The notes below the pieces were generated by a model. It was not told the origin of the DNA. It worked only from the letters and a program-made list of their open reading frames with translations, and searched no databases. DNA of 64,000 nucleotides from the NCBI GenBank assembly GCA_964609175.1, contig CAZSRR010000027.1, forward strand, positions 21,276-85,275. Reading direction: 5' to 3'. Of this stretch, positions 48,201 to 57,054 are shown piece by piece. A program made the translations under genes and the position numbers. The DNA comes from an uncultured Bradyrhizobium sp. Lineage in GTDB: Bacteria; Pseudomonadota; Alphaproteobacteria; Rhizobiales; Xanthobacteraceae. Numbering within the stretch: position 1 is the stretch's first letter; the number at the start of each line of letters is the position of its first letter.

Positions 48201-48315
48201 CATCGACGCGATGAGCCGGTCCGCTTTTTTGTTGCCGACATCAAACCTTGATGGGAATCCGATGCAAGTGGAATTTTGTTCCGCTTGATGGAATTTGTCC
48301 CGTGCGCGCGATCGC

Positions 48316-49752
48316 CTAACGGCAATCAAGATGCGCTTCGAACCAGCCCTGCAACGATGTCGATAGCTGTGGCCAGCTGCGTTGCAGGCCGGATAGCGCC
48401 TTGGCGTTCACGCGATAGATGTCGCGCAATTCCTGCTCGACGGCGGGAAGATCGACGCCGGTACAGCGGCCGTCGCTGACGATGGTGCGGCCTTCCACCA
48501 CCACGTCGCGCAGGAGCGAGGCGTTGCCGCGCGCGAACAGCAGATCGATGGCGTCGACCGGCATGATCCGGTCGCGGTCGAGGCGATCGAGATCGATGGT
48601 GACGAAGTCTGCTGGTGCGCCCGATGCCAGCGCGCCGGTGCCCGGCGCGCCGGTCGCCTTGCGGCCGTTGGCGATGGCGAGGCTGAGAAATTCGGACGTG
48701 GTCCAGATGCGCTGGAAGCCGAGCCCACCGTGCATCATCTGCACCAGGCGCATCTCGCGCAGCACGTCGTCATCCTCGTCGAGCGCCAGCCCGTCGACGC
48801 CGACCGCAATGGCGCAGCCGCATCGGTGTGCGGCTGCGATCGGCGCCAGGCCGGAACGCAGATGCATGTTGGAGGAAAAATTGGTGACGATGCGCGCGCC
48901 TGACGCGGCGATCATCTCGATCTCGTCGGGGCGGGCGTGAATGCAATGCGCCAGGGTCAGCCGCTCGGACAGGAAGCCGATATCGCGGAGATAGCGGACG
49001 ATGCCGTCAGGGAAGTGCCGGTCCGCCCAGGCCCGCTGGTAGATCGTCTCCAGCAGGTGCATATGGATGCGACGCCCGGTCTGCGCGGAGTTCTCCGCCA
49101 CGGCTTCCAATAAAGGCTTCGAGCACCACTGCACGCCGGCCGGGCCCAACTGGACATCGACCATCGGACCGCCGATGGCGGAAGCGATCGCGTCCGTGAG
49201 TTCGATATAGGCCCTCGGCGACATCGGCTCGCGGATGAACATCTGCTCGATCGTGCTGCGGTCGTCTTTGGAAAGGCCGGCGAGGACCGGCGCTTCATCG
49301 CCATAGACGATCGGATTCTGGTCGCGCACCGCAAGCGCGAACGCGATACGGATACCGACATCGGACGCCGCGCGCGCGATCGCGCTGGCTTCGTCCACCA
49401 GCGGCATCGTACCGCTCGGCCGGGTGTAATGGATCATCATCGCGGCGCAGCCCGCCCGCGCCGACCGCGCCAGCGCGGAAACCGCGGTCAGATAAGGATC
49501 CACCGGCGTGCCGAGTGCCGACCGCAGGATCCAGCTTTCCAGCGGCATGCCGAGCGCGCCGAACGAGGAGGCCGCCGGGCGGGCGTGGTCGTGGGCGTTG
49601 ACGAAGGCCGGAAGCACGAGGGAGCGCGGCCCGCTCGCGGGTGGCGCTCCCTCGAAGATGTCGGTGATGACGCCATTGTCGTGCCGCACCACGACATTTT
49701 CGCGGAGGTCAGGACCGGAGAACAGGCTGTGCGCGGCAATCTCGGTCGTCAT
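48316..49752 (-). CDS. Amidohydrolase, SsnA/TrzA/8-oxoguanine-deaminase-like
   Basis: PAFVNAHDH, MHLLET, LAHC, SNMHLRSG, GVDG, PADFV. Confidence 0.85.
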   Translation of the reverse strand: MTTEIAAHSLFSGPDLRENVVVRHDNGVITDIFEGAPPASGPRSLVLPAFVNAHDHARPAASSFGALGMPLESWILRSALGTPVDPYLTAVSALARSARAGCAAMMIHYTRPSGTMPLVDEASAIARAASDVGIRIAFALAVRDQNPIVYGDEAPVLAGLSKDDRSTIEQMFIREPMSPRAYIELTDAIASAIGGPMVDVQLGPAGVQWCSKPLLEAVAENSAQTGRRIHMHLLETIYQRAWADRHFPDGIVRYLRDIGFLSERLTLAHCIHARPDEIEMIAASGARIVTNFSSNMHLRSGLAPIAAAHRCGCAIAVGVDGLALDEDDDVLREMRLVQMMHGGLGFQRIWTTSEFLSLAIANGRKATGAPGTGALASGAPADFVTIDLDRLDRDRIMPVDAIDLLFARGNASLLRDVVVEGRTIVSDGRCTGVDLPAVEQELRDIYRVNAKALSGLQRSWPQLSTSLQGWFEAHLDCR

Positions 49753-49763
49753 TCCAGAACTCC

Positions 49764-49863
49764 GTCATTGCGGGCGCAGCGAAGTGCCGTAGCCCCGGGT
49801 GAGCGAAGCGACCCTGGGGATCGGTCCCGCATATCGCTTCGCTCATGCAGGCTACCGGGCTAC
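49764..49863. repeat. Composite REP element (GTCATTGCG.. plus GTAGCC...GGCTAC)
   Basis: GTAG/CTAC termini; lies between the SBP and amidohydrolase genes. Confidence 0.75.
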
Positions 49864-49870
49864 CCCGGGT

Positions 49871-50896
49871 TCAATTCGCCGTGTAGACCAGTTCCCGCTC
49901 GGCCTTCGGAGGCAGGAACTCGCGCGAAAAGATTTCCGCCGGCGTGGGCGTGCGGGTCAGCTGGTAGCCCTCGACGATGATGCCGATGGCGCGGGCCATG
50001 CGGTCGTCCTTGACGTCGCCAATGCCGATCTCCTTCATCTCCGGCGAGACGATCAGCTTGTCGAAGGAGTATTGCAGGCGGCGCTTTTCGACATCGACAT
50101 TGATCAGGTTGTCGTAGTTGACCGCCGCCTTCATGCCGGCGTTCTGGTCCTTGGCGATCGCCATCATGCCCTTGTTGACGGCGCGAACGAGGCCGGCGAC
50201 GGCCTTCGGGTTCGACGCCAGCAGCTTCTTCGACACCATCACGCCGTTGGAATAGAGGTCCATGCCGTATTCGCCGAACGTGAACCATCTATAATCCTTG
50301 TCGGGGTCCTGGCGGTTCAGCACGAGATTGAAGTAGCTCGTGATGTTGAACACCAGCGCGGCGTCGATGTCGCCCTTGATCAGCATCGGCTCCTGCAGGT
50401 TGGGCGCCATGTTGGAAACCTTGATCTTCTCGCCCTCGAGCTTGTTCTTGCTGACGAAGACGGGCAGCAGCCGCGTGGTCGGCGTGCCCTGCGCGCCGCC
50501 GAGCGTGCGGCCCTCGAAATCCTTGATGGTGTTGATGCCGCTGCTCTTCTTGGTGACGATGGCGAACGGCGGCCGGTTCCAGATCATGTAGACCATGACC
50601 GGGGATTCCTGCGGCTTGGTCGAGGCGTTCTGGATGATGGCGTTGACGTCGCCGAAGCCGGCGTCATAGGCGCCCGACATGATGCGCGTCACCGTGGCGC
50701 CCGAGCCCTCGCCCTGGTCGATCACGACGTTGAGGCCTTCCTCTTTGAAGAAGCCATGATCCTTGGCATAGAAGAACGCGGCGTCGGAGCCCTGCGTCTT
50801 CCAGCCGAGCGTGAATTTGATCGTGGTTTCCTGGGCGCAGGCACTGCCGGCGAACAAGGCGGCTCCTAACAGCGCGGCGCTTACTCTGGCTAACAT
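49871..50896 (-). CDS. ABC substrate-binding protein, NMT1/THI5 family
   Basis: FTLGWK, YAKDHGFFKEEGL, QGEGSG, YSNGVMVS; signal peptide. Confidence 0.9.
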   Translation of the reverse strand: MLARVSAALLGAALFAGSACAQETTIKFTLGWKTQGSDAAFFYAKDHGFFKEEGLNVVIDQGEGSGATVTRIMSGAYDAGFGDVNAIIQNASTKPQESPVMVYMIWNRPPFAIVTKKSSGINTIKDFEGRTLGGAQGTPTTRLLPVFVSKNKLEGEKIKVSNMAPNLQEPMLIKGDIDAALVFNITSYFNLVLNRQDPDKDYRWFTFGEYGMDLYSNGVMVSKKLLASNPKAVAGLVRAVNKGMMAIAKDQNAGMKAAVNYDNLINVDVEKRRLQYSFDKLIVSPEMKEIGIGDVKDDRMARAIGIIVEGYQLTRTPTPAEIFSREFLPPKAERELVYTAN

Positions 50897-50942
50897 CGTT
50901 ATCTCCTCGATGGTGGATGGGTGGCGTCGGTGAAAACCTGCT

Positions 50943-51719
50943 TCATGTCGCGATCGCGTCGCTCTTGCGGGTGGCCCAGCCGGTAACGCGCCCCTCGATC
51001 AGCGAGAAGATCACGTAGAGCGCGACGCCGAGACCGGCGAGCACGAACAGGCCGGCGAATACCAGCGGCACGTTGAAATTGGACGATGCGGTCATCATGA
51101 CGTTGCCGATGCCGCGGTTCGAGGCGACGGTCTCCGACAGCACCGCGCCGACAAAGGCGTAGGACACCGCGACCTTCAGCGAGGCGAAGAAGAACGGCAT
51201 GGTGCGCGGCAGCCCGACGTTCCAGAGGATGTCCAGCTTGCTGGCACCGAGCGCCTTCAGCACGTCCTCCAGCTCGGGCTCGGTGGTGGCAAGGCCGGTC
51301 GCGATGTTGACCACGATCGGGAAGAAGCAGATCGACAGCGCGGTCAGCACCGCCGGCACCGAGCCGGAGCCGAACCACAGCACGAAGATCGGCACCACGG
51401 CGACCTTCGGAATCGAGGAGAAGCCGACCAGCAGCGGATACGCGGTGTCATAGGCGGTCTTCGAAACGCCGATCACCGCGCCCAGCACGACGCCGAGGCC
51501 GACGCCGAGCACGAAGCCGATCATGGTGGTCGCCAGCGTCTGCAGGATATGCGGCCACAGGATCGGGAATTTTTCGAACAGCGTGACGAACACCTGCGAC
51601 GGGCGCGGCAGCACGAGGTCGGACATGCCCGTCATCAGGCAGAACAGCTCCCACGCCACGAAGAACAGCACGATCAGTCCCGCCGACCAGGCCTTCTGGC
51701 GATAATCGAAATCGGGCAT
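50943..51719 (-). CDS. ABC permease (SsuC/ThiX type)
   Basis: VLPRPS, IPKVAVVP, FFPIVVN, GLPRTMPFFFASLK, GIGNVM. Confidence 0.92.
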   Translation of the reverse strand: MPDFDYRQKAWSAGLIVLFFVAWELFCLMTGMSDLVLPRPSQVFVTLFEKFPILWPHILQTLATTMIGFVLGVGLGVVLGAVIGVSKTAYDTAYPLLVGFSSIPKVAVVPIFVLWFGSGSVPAVLTALSICFFPIVVNIATGLATTEPELEDVLKALGASKLDILWNVGLPRTMPFFFASLKVAVSYAFVGAVLSETVASNRGIGNVMMTASSNFNVPLVFAGLFVLAGLGVALYVIFSLIEGRVTGWATRKSDAIAT

Positions 51720-51720
51720 G

Positions 51721-52578
51721 TCAGGCCGCCTCCTGCGCCGACGCCGTGCGCGCATCGACGATGAAGGCGCGCAGTTTCTGGTTCAGCGCGACGAAATCGG
51801 GCTCGAACGTCATCGCGATGGTGCGCGGGCGGGCGAAGGTGACAGGGCTGTCGTCGAGGATGCGGCCGGGGCGCGCGCTCATCACGCAGATGCGGCTGCC
51901 GAGAAATGCCGCTTCGCGCAGATCGTGCGTGACCAGCAGCACGGTCGGCTTGTGCGCGATCCAGAGCTGCTGAAGGATCGACCACAATTCCTCGCGCGTG
52001 AACTGGTCGAGCGCGCCGAAGGGTTCGTCGAGCAGCAGCATGCGCGGCTCGTGGATCAGCGCGCGGCAGAGGTTGGCGCGCTGCAGCATGCCGCCGGAGA
52101 GCTGCCACGGGTAGCGGTTGCCGAACCCCTTGAGGCCGACCTGCTCCAGCAGCGCATTGGCCGTGTCGCGGAATTCGGTCTTGCGCAGCTTGCGGAATTG
52201 CGAGCGGAACGGTTCGACGATCTTGAGCGGCAGCATGATGTTCCGCTCGATCGTCATCCAGGGCAGCATGGTCGGATTCTGGAACGCCATGCCGACGCGC
52301 AGCGCGCGCGCCGCGACTTCCCGGCCGCCGACGATGACGACGCCGCTCGATGGCTGCACCAGCCCGCTGACCAGCCGCAGGATGGTCGACTTGCCGCATC
52401 CGGAAGGGCCGACGAGGGCGACGAACTCGCCGTCGGCGATCCGCAGATTTGTCTGGGCCAGCGCCGGCACGGCGCGGGCGCCGCGGCCGAACGTGACCGA
52501 AGCCGCCGACAATTCGATCGCGATCCGCGCAGCACCGGCCGAAATGGGCACACCGGCGAACTCGGAATGGGGTTGCAT
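51721..52578 (-). CDS. ABC ATP-binding protein (SsuB/TauB type)
   Basis: GPSGCGKST, LSGGMLQR, LDEPFGALD, LVTH. Confidence 0.92.
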   Translation of the reverse strand: MQPHSEFAGVPISAGAARIAIELSAASVTFGRGARAVPALAQTNLRIADGEFVALVGPSGCGKSTILRLVSGLVQPSSGVVIVGGREVAARALRVGMAFQNPTMLPWMTIERNIMLPLKIVEPFRSQFRKLRKTEFRDTANALLEQVGLKGFGNRYPWQLSGGMLQRANLCRALIHEPRMLLLDEPFGALDQFTREELWSILQQLWIAHKPTVLLVTHDLREAAFLGSRICVMSARPGRILDDSPVTFARPRTIAMTFEPDFVALNQKLRAFIVDARTASAQEAA

Positions 52579-52694
52579 GCGTATCATGGCAAGAAGTGCA
52601 TGCAAGCCGGATGCCAGCCCAACTTCGCCGGGAAATCAAGGATGCCGCCGAATGGCGGCGTTTTCGTCGGATTTCTTTTGTGCAATCCGACCGT

Positions 52695-52707
52695 CAAACT
52701 GCATGCA
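52695..52707. promoter_or_regulatory. CAAACTGCATGCA, candidate GntR operator (copy 1)
   Basis: Identical 13-mer at 54106-54118; a further TGCATGCA at 52597-52604. Confidence 0.55.
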
Positions 52708-52754
52708 ATTGAGGCGCTTCATCGCCACGCAATTGTGATAAGGGTGCGACATCG

Positions 52755-53537
52755 ATGCCACGCTCCAAGGATTCGCCGATGGCGCCCCGCGCCGCCAGCA
52801 AGACCGCTGAACCGTCCGACAAGGTCGGCGTGATCTGCCGCGCGTTGCGCCGCGCCATCATCGAACAGGCGCTCGCCCCCGGCGCCAAGCTGCCGGAGGA
52901 TTCGCTGGGCGAGCGCTTCGGCGTCAGCCGCACCATCGCGCGGCACGCGCTGGGACAACTCGCCGCGGAAGGCCTCGTCGAACTGCGCCGCAACCGCATC
53001 GCCGTGGTGGCGACGCCGAGCTGGCAGGAAGCCCGCGACGCCTTCGATATCCGGATCGAACTGGAGCGGCTGGTGGTGCGGCAGCTCGCCGGCAAGCTGA
53101 CGAAAAGCCAGATCGCCGAGCTCAACGCCCATGTCGACGCCGAGGACCGCGCCCGCGACGGCTCGGACGCGGTGTCGATCCGGCTGGCGACAGAATTCCA
53201 CATCCTGCTCGCCCACATGACGAACAGCCCGATCCTGGTGCGCTATGTCAGCGAGGTCGCCTACCGCTGCTGCCTCACGCTATCCCTGTACAGCCGTCCG
53301 CATTCGTCGGAATGCGCGATCAACGAACACCGCGCCATCATCGCGGCGCTGGTGAAGGGCGACGAAGCCAAGGTGATGGGCCTAATGCACAGCCACCTGG
53401 ACTCAGTCGCCAACCGCGCGCTGGTCGCCCCTGCCCCGCAGCGCGGCCGCGATCTGCTGGATATTCTGGCGCCCTACGCCGAGGAAGGCGACGGCGGCCG
53501 CGTGGTGAAGCTGCCGAAGGTGGTCAGGGGACGGTGA
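52755..53537 (+). CDS. GntR family regulator (FCD domain)
   Basis: PGAKLPEDSLGERFGVSRTIAR HTH; EFHILLA; EHRAII. Confidence 0.92.
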   Translation: MPRSKDSPMAPRAASKTAEPSDKVGVICRALRRAIIEQALAPGAKLPEDSLGERFGVSRTIARHALGQLAAEGLVELRRNRIAVVATPSWQEARDAFDIRIELERLVVRQLAGKLTKSQIAELNAHVDAEDRARDGSDAVSIRLATEFHILLAHMTNSPILVRYVSEVAYRCCLTLSLYSRPHSSECAINEHRAIIAALVKGDEAKVMGLMHSHLDSVANRALVAPAPQRGRDLLDILAPYAEEGDGGRVVKLPKVVRGR

Positions 53538-53546
53538 CCTTTCTCC

Positions 53547-53633
53547 GTCATGGCCGGACTTGTCCCGGCCATCCACGTCTTTGCCGCATTGAGAGCAAAG
53601 GACGTGGATGCCCGGGACAAGCCCGGGCATGAC
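53547..53633. repeat. REP element (GTCATGGCCGGACTTGTCCCGG...CCGGGACAAGCCCGGGCATGAC)
   Basis: Long inverted repeat between convergent genes. Confidence 0.85.
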
Positions 53634-53646
53634 GAGTCCAGTGATT

Positions 53647-54066
53647 CTAAGCCTCGATTCCCCGCTGCAGCAAAATTCGCTCGGCGCTGTCGTTCCACAC
53701 GTCCATCTTCACGATCAGCCCGTCCCTCACCACAAAACGATCGACATAGCGGTTGCCTTCGAACGGCGTGCCGTCGGTCCATTCGCCGTAGAGCGTGCCG
53801 ACGCTGTAGACGATCGTCTCCTCGGCGCCGGGGCAGACATCGAAACGATCCATCCGCTTCTTGACCCAGCGATAGCGTTTCGCGTTGAAGCCGGCCGGTC
53901 CGCGCGGATGGTCGAATTCGCGTCCGCCAGTGAAGGTGATGATCGTGCCCGGCTTCATATAGGCCGCAGCCGCGTCGGGATCCGGGATCATCGACGCGGT
54001 GAGATAGGCCTCGACCACCTCGGCGTCGGACATCTTCTTCGGCATGGCGTTGGCGGCGACGGACAT
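53647..54066 (-). CDS. NTF2/SnoaL-like protein
   Basis: 139 aa; GTLYGEWTDGTPFEGNRYVDRFVVRDGLIVKMDVWND. Confidence 0.8.
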   Translation of the reverse strand: MSVAANAMPKKMSDAEVVEAYLTASMIPDPDAAAAYMKPGTIITFTGGREFDHPRGPAGFNAKRYRWVKKRMDRFDVCPGAEETIVYSVGTLYGEWTDGTPFEGNRYVDRFVVRDGLIVKMDVWNDSAERILLQRGIEA

Positions 54067-54105
54067 GGCAATTTCTCCTGACAGCCAAGTCTACAATTGG
54101 CCTGC

Positions 54106-54118
54106 CAAACTGCATGCA
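54106..54118. promoter_or_regulatory. CAAACTGCATGCA, candidate GntR operator (copy 2)
   Basis: In the SnoaL/deaminase divergent region; identical to 52695-52707. Confidence 0.55.
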
Positions 54119-54216
54119 CATATTTTGGACAATCTGGCCGCCTAACTGCACACAATCTGGAGCTGCGGGCGGAGCGTCGTTCCGCTACCTTGACCGCTCC
54201 TTCAACCTGCCGCGCG

Positions 54217-55452
54217 ATGAACACTCAGACCGCCTTCGAGCTGATCTTCCGCAACGCCCGGACGCGAGCCTCGGCGACGCCGGTCGATATCGGCATCGTC
54301 GGCGGGCGCATCGCCGCCATCGAGCCCCGCCTTGCCTGCGAGGCAACGGAGATCGAGGTCGGCGGCAGGCTCGCTTTGCCCGGCTTTGTGGATACGCATA
54401 TCCATCTCGACAAGGCCTGCCTGCTCGGCCGCTGCGGGCACGATCATGGCAGCGTGTCGGAAGCCATCGCCGCGGTCGCGGCGATGAAGCGCGACTTCAC
54501 GGTCGAAGACGTTTACGCGCGGGGCGCAAAGGTCATCGAGCGGGCCATCGTGCACGGCACGACGCGGATGCGCACCCATGTGGAGATCGACCCGCGGATC
54601 GGCCTGCGCAGCTTCGAAGCGATCAAGGCGCTGAAACGCGACTATGCCTGGGCGATCGATCTCTCCCCCTGCGTGTTTCCGCAGGAGGGCCTGACCAACG
54701 ATCCCGGCGCCGAGGAATTATTGATCGCCGCCCTGCGCGACGGCGGCGAAGCGATCGGCGGCTGCCCCTACATGGACACCGACCCCAACGCGCATCTCGA
54801 AACCATCTTCAGCCTGGCGCAACAATTCGACGTCGATGTCGATCTGCATCTTGACTTCGATCTCGATCCCTCCTGGTGGCATCTCGAGGAGGTCTGCCGG
54901 CAGACCGAGCGGCGCCACTACCAGGGCCGCGTCGCGATCGGCCACGCCACCAAATTGTCGGCGCTGCCCCCGGACCGCTTGAAAGCGGCTGCCGCGCGAC
55001 TCGCCGGCGCCGGCGTCGCCGTCACCGTGCTGCCGGCGACCGACCTCTATCTGATGGGCCGCGACGCCACGCATAACGCGCCGCGCGGGCTGACGGTGGC
55101 GCACAGGCTCGTCGCAGACGGCGTGCTGTGCTCGGTTGCCACCAACAACGTGCTCAACCCCTTCACGCCGTTCGGCGACGCCTCGCTGCTGCGCATGGCG
55201 AACTTCTACGCCAACGTCGCGCATGCCGGCATCAGCGAATTCGACGCCTGCCTCGACCTCGTCACGGATCTTCCGGCGCGGCTGATGAATTTGCGCGACT
55301 ATGGCATAGCGCCGGGTAACCCGGCGGACCTGGTCATCCTCGACACCGACAGCGGCACCAACGCGATTGCCGAACTGCCCGATCTATTGATGGGCTTCAA
55401 GAACGGGCGGCAGGTGTTCGAACGGCAGACGCCCATGCTGTTTCCACCGTAG
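54217..55452 (+). CDS. CodA/AtzC-like amidohydrolase with non-canonical catalytic residues
   Basis: FVDTHIHLDKA, RTHVE, FPQEG, DLHLDF, IGH, RGLT, ATNNVLNPFTPFG, PADLV. Confidence 0.85.
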   Translation: MNTQTAFELIFRNARTRASATPVDIGIVGGRIAAIEPRLACEATEIEVGGRLALPGFVDTHIHLDKACLLGRCGHDHGSVSEAIAAVAAMKRDFTVEDVYARGAKVIERAIVHGTTRMRTHVEIDPRIGLRSFEAIKALKRDYAWAIDLSPCVFPQEGLTNDPGAEELLIAALRDGGEAIGGCPYMDTDPNAHLETIFSLAQQFDVDVDLHLDFDLDPSWWHLEEVCRQTERRHYQGRVAIGHATKLSALPPDRLKAAAARLAGAGVAVTVLPATDLYLMGRDATHNAPRGLTVAHRLVADGVLCSVATNNVLNPFTPFGDASLLRMANFYANVAHAGISEFDACLDLVTDLPARLMNLRDYGIAPGNPADLVILDTDSGTNAIAELPDLLMGFKNGRQVFERQTPMLFPP

Positions 55453-55467
55453 GCCTACAAGCTCTCC

Positions 55468-55580
55468 GTCATGCCCGGGCTTGTCCCGCCTGCGGGGCCG
55501 AAGCCCCTTCGGCGAGGCGAAGGCCCGGGCATCCGCGTTCTTGCTTTCGACGAAGCAGGAAGGACTTGGATGGCCATGAC
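55468..55580. repeat. REP element with an internal hairpin insertion
   Basis: GTCATGCCCGGGCTTGTCCC + GCCTGCGGGGCCGAAGCCCCTTCGGCGAGGCGAAGG + CCCGGGCATCC...TGGATGGCCATGAC. Confidence 0.75.
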
Positions 55581-55744
55581 GAAAAAGTGGAGCGACGACC
55601 GTCCATTCGGCCATGACGAAAGCACGGACGGGCGACCGTCCATGCAGGCCATGCTGCGCCTCATGCGTCGCCCTGCAATTGACCTGCCCGCCAATCATTG
55701 TTGTTATCGGCCCAACCAGAACAACAGCCCCGGGCAGGAAAACC

Positions 55745-56959
55745 ATGAAAAAAGCCACCCAGATCCGAAGCGTCGAAACGCTCGCCTGCGACGCCGGCTT
55801 CCGCAACTACCACTTCGTCAAGATCATGACCGAGGACGGCCTCGTCGGCTGGAGCGAGTATGACGAGGGCTTTGGCGCGCCGGGGGTGACCACGGCGATC
55901 GAACGGCTGGCGACCCGCGTGATCGGCAAGAACGCTTTCCAACACGAGCAGATCTACGCAGAGCTGTTTTCCGCCACCCGGCCGGCCGCCGGCGGCGTGG
56001 TGGCGCTGGCGCTCGGCGCCATCGAGAACGCCCTGCTCGACGTCAAGGCCAAGGCGCTCGGCGTGCCCTGCTACGACCTGCTCGGCGGCAAGATCCGCGA
56101 CCGCATCCGCGTCTACTGGTCGCACTGCGCGACCTGGCGCATCAATCACCCCGGTTACTTCAAACCGGCGATCACGAGCCTCGACGGCGTCAAATCCATC
56201 GGCCGCGAGGTGCGCGAAAAGGGTTTTACGGCGATGAAGACCAACATCTTCGTCTACACCGACGGCAAGCCGCAGGGCTGGCGTCCCGGTTTTGGTTCGC
56301 CGTTCCATCCCGAGATCAATGTCGACCGCACGGTGATCCGAAACCTGTGCATGCACCTGGAAGCGATCCGCGACGGCGCCGGGCCGGACGTGGACCTGCT
56401 GCTCGACCTCAACTTCAACGCCAAGACCGAAGGCTATTTGAAGATACTTCGGGCCATCAAGGACATGGACATGTTCTGGGTGGAGATCGACACTTTTAAT
56501 CCGCAGGCGCTGGGCTACATCCGCCGCCAGAGCCCGCATCCGATTTCGTCCTGCGAGACGCTGCTCGGCCTGCGCGAATTCCTGCCCTATTTCGGCGAAC
56601 AGGCGATGGATGTGGCGATCATCGACACGCCGTGGAACGGCGTCTGGCAGTCGATGAAGATCGCCGCCGCCGCCGAGCACTTTGAAGTCAACGTCGCCCC
56701 GCACAATTTCTACGGCCATCTCTGCACCATGATGAACGCGCACTTCTCGGCCGCGGTGCCGAACTTGCGCATCATGGAAACCGACATCGACCGGCTGGAA
56801 TGGGACCACGAGCTGTTCACGCACGTCCCCGAGATCGTCGACGGCCATCTCATCATGCCCGACCGCCCCGGCTGGGGCACCGAACCCAACGAGGAAGGCC
56901 TGCGCGCCCATCCGCCGAAGAACATGGGCGGGCTGTTGAACTACGGACTGAAGAAGTAG
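55745..56959 (+). CDS. Mandelate racemase/muconate lactonising enzyme (enolase) superfamily, acid-sugar dehydratase-like
   Basis: IENALLDVKAKALGVP.Y.LLGGK.RD, GFTAMK, metal ligands in LDLN, VEID and CETL, VAPHN, PGWG. Confidence 0.88.
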   Translation: MKKATQIRSVETLACDAGFRNYHFVKIMTEDGLVGWSEYDEGFGAPGVTTAIERLATRVIGKNAFQHEQIYAELFSATRPAAGGVVALALGAIENALLDVKAKALGVPCYDLLGGKIRDRIRVYWSHCATWRINHPGYFKPAITSLDGVKSIGREVREKGFTAMKTNIFVYTDGKPQGWRPGFGSPFHPEINVDRTVIRNLCMHLEAIRDGAGPDVDLLLDLNFNAKTEGYLKILRAIKDMDMFWVEIDTFNPQALGYIRRQSPHPISSCETLLGLREFLPYFGEQAMDVAIIDTPWNGVWQSMKIAAAAEHFEVNVAPHNFYGHLCTMMNAHFSAAVPNLRIMETDIDRLEWDHELFTHVPEIVDGHLIMPDRPGWGTEPNEEGLRAHPPKNMGGLLNYGLKK

Positions 56960-56979
56960 GTATCGGTTGGGCAGGCATC

Positions 56980-57051
56980 GTAGCCTGCATGAGCGGAGCG
57001 ACATGCAGGGGAACGAGGATTCCCGGATATCGCTGCGCTCATCCGGGCTAC
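56980..57051. repeat. GTAG-type REP doublet
   Basis: GTAGCCTGCATGAGCG...CGCTCATCCGGGCTAC. Confidence 0.8.
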
Positions 57052-57054
57052 GGA

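Noticed and set aside
54217-55452. codA assignment
   Set aside because: The catalytic Glu and Asp equivalents appear substituted
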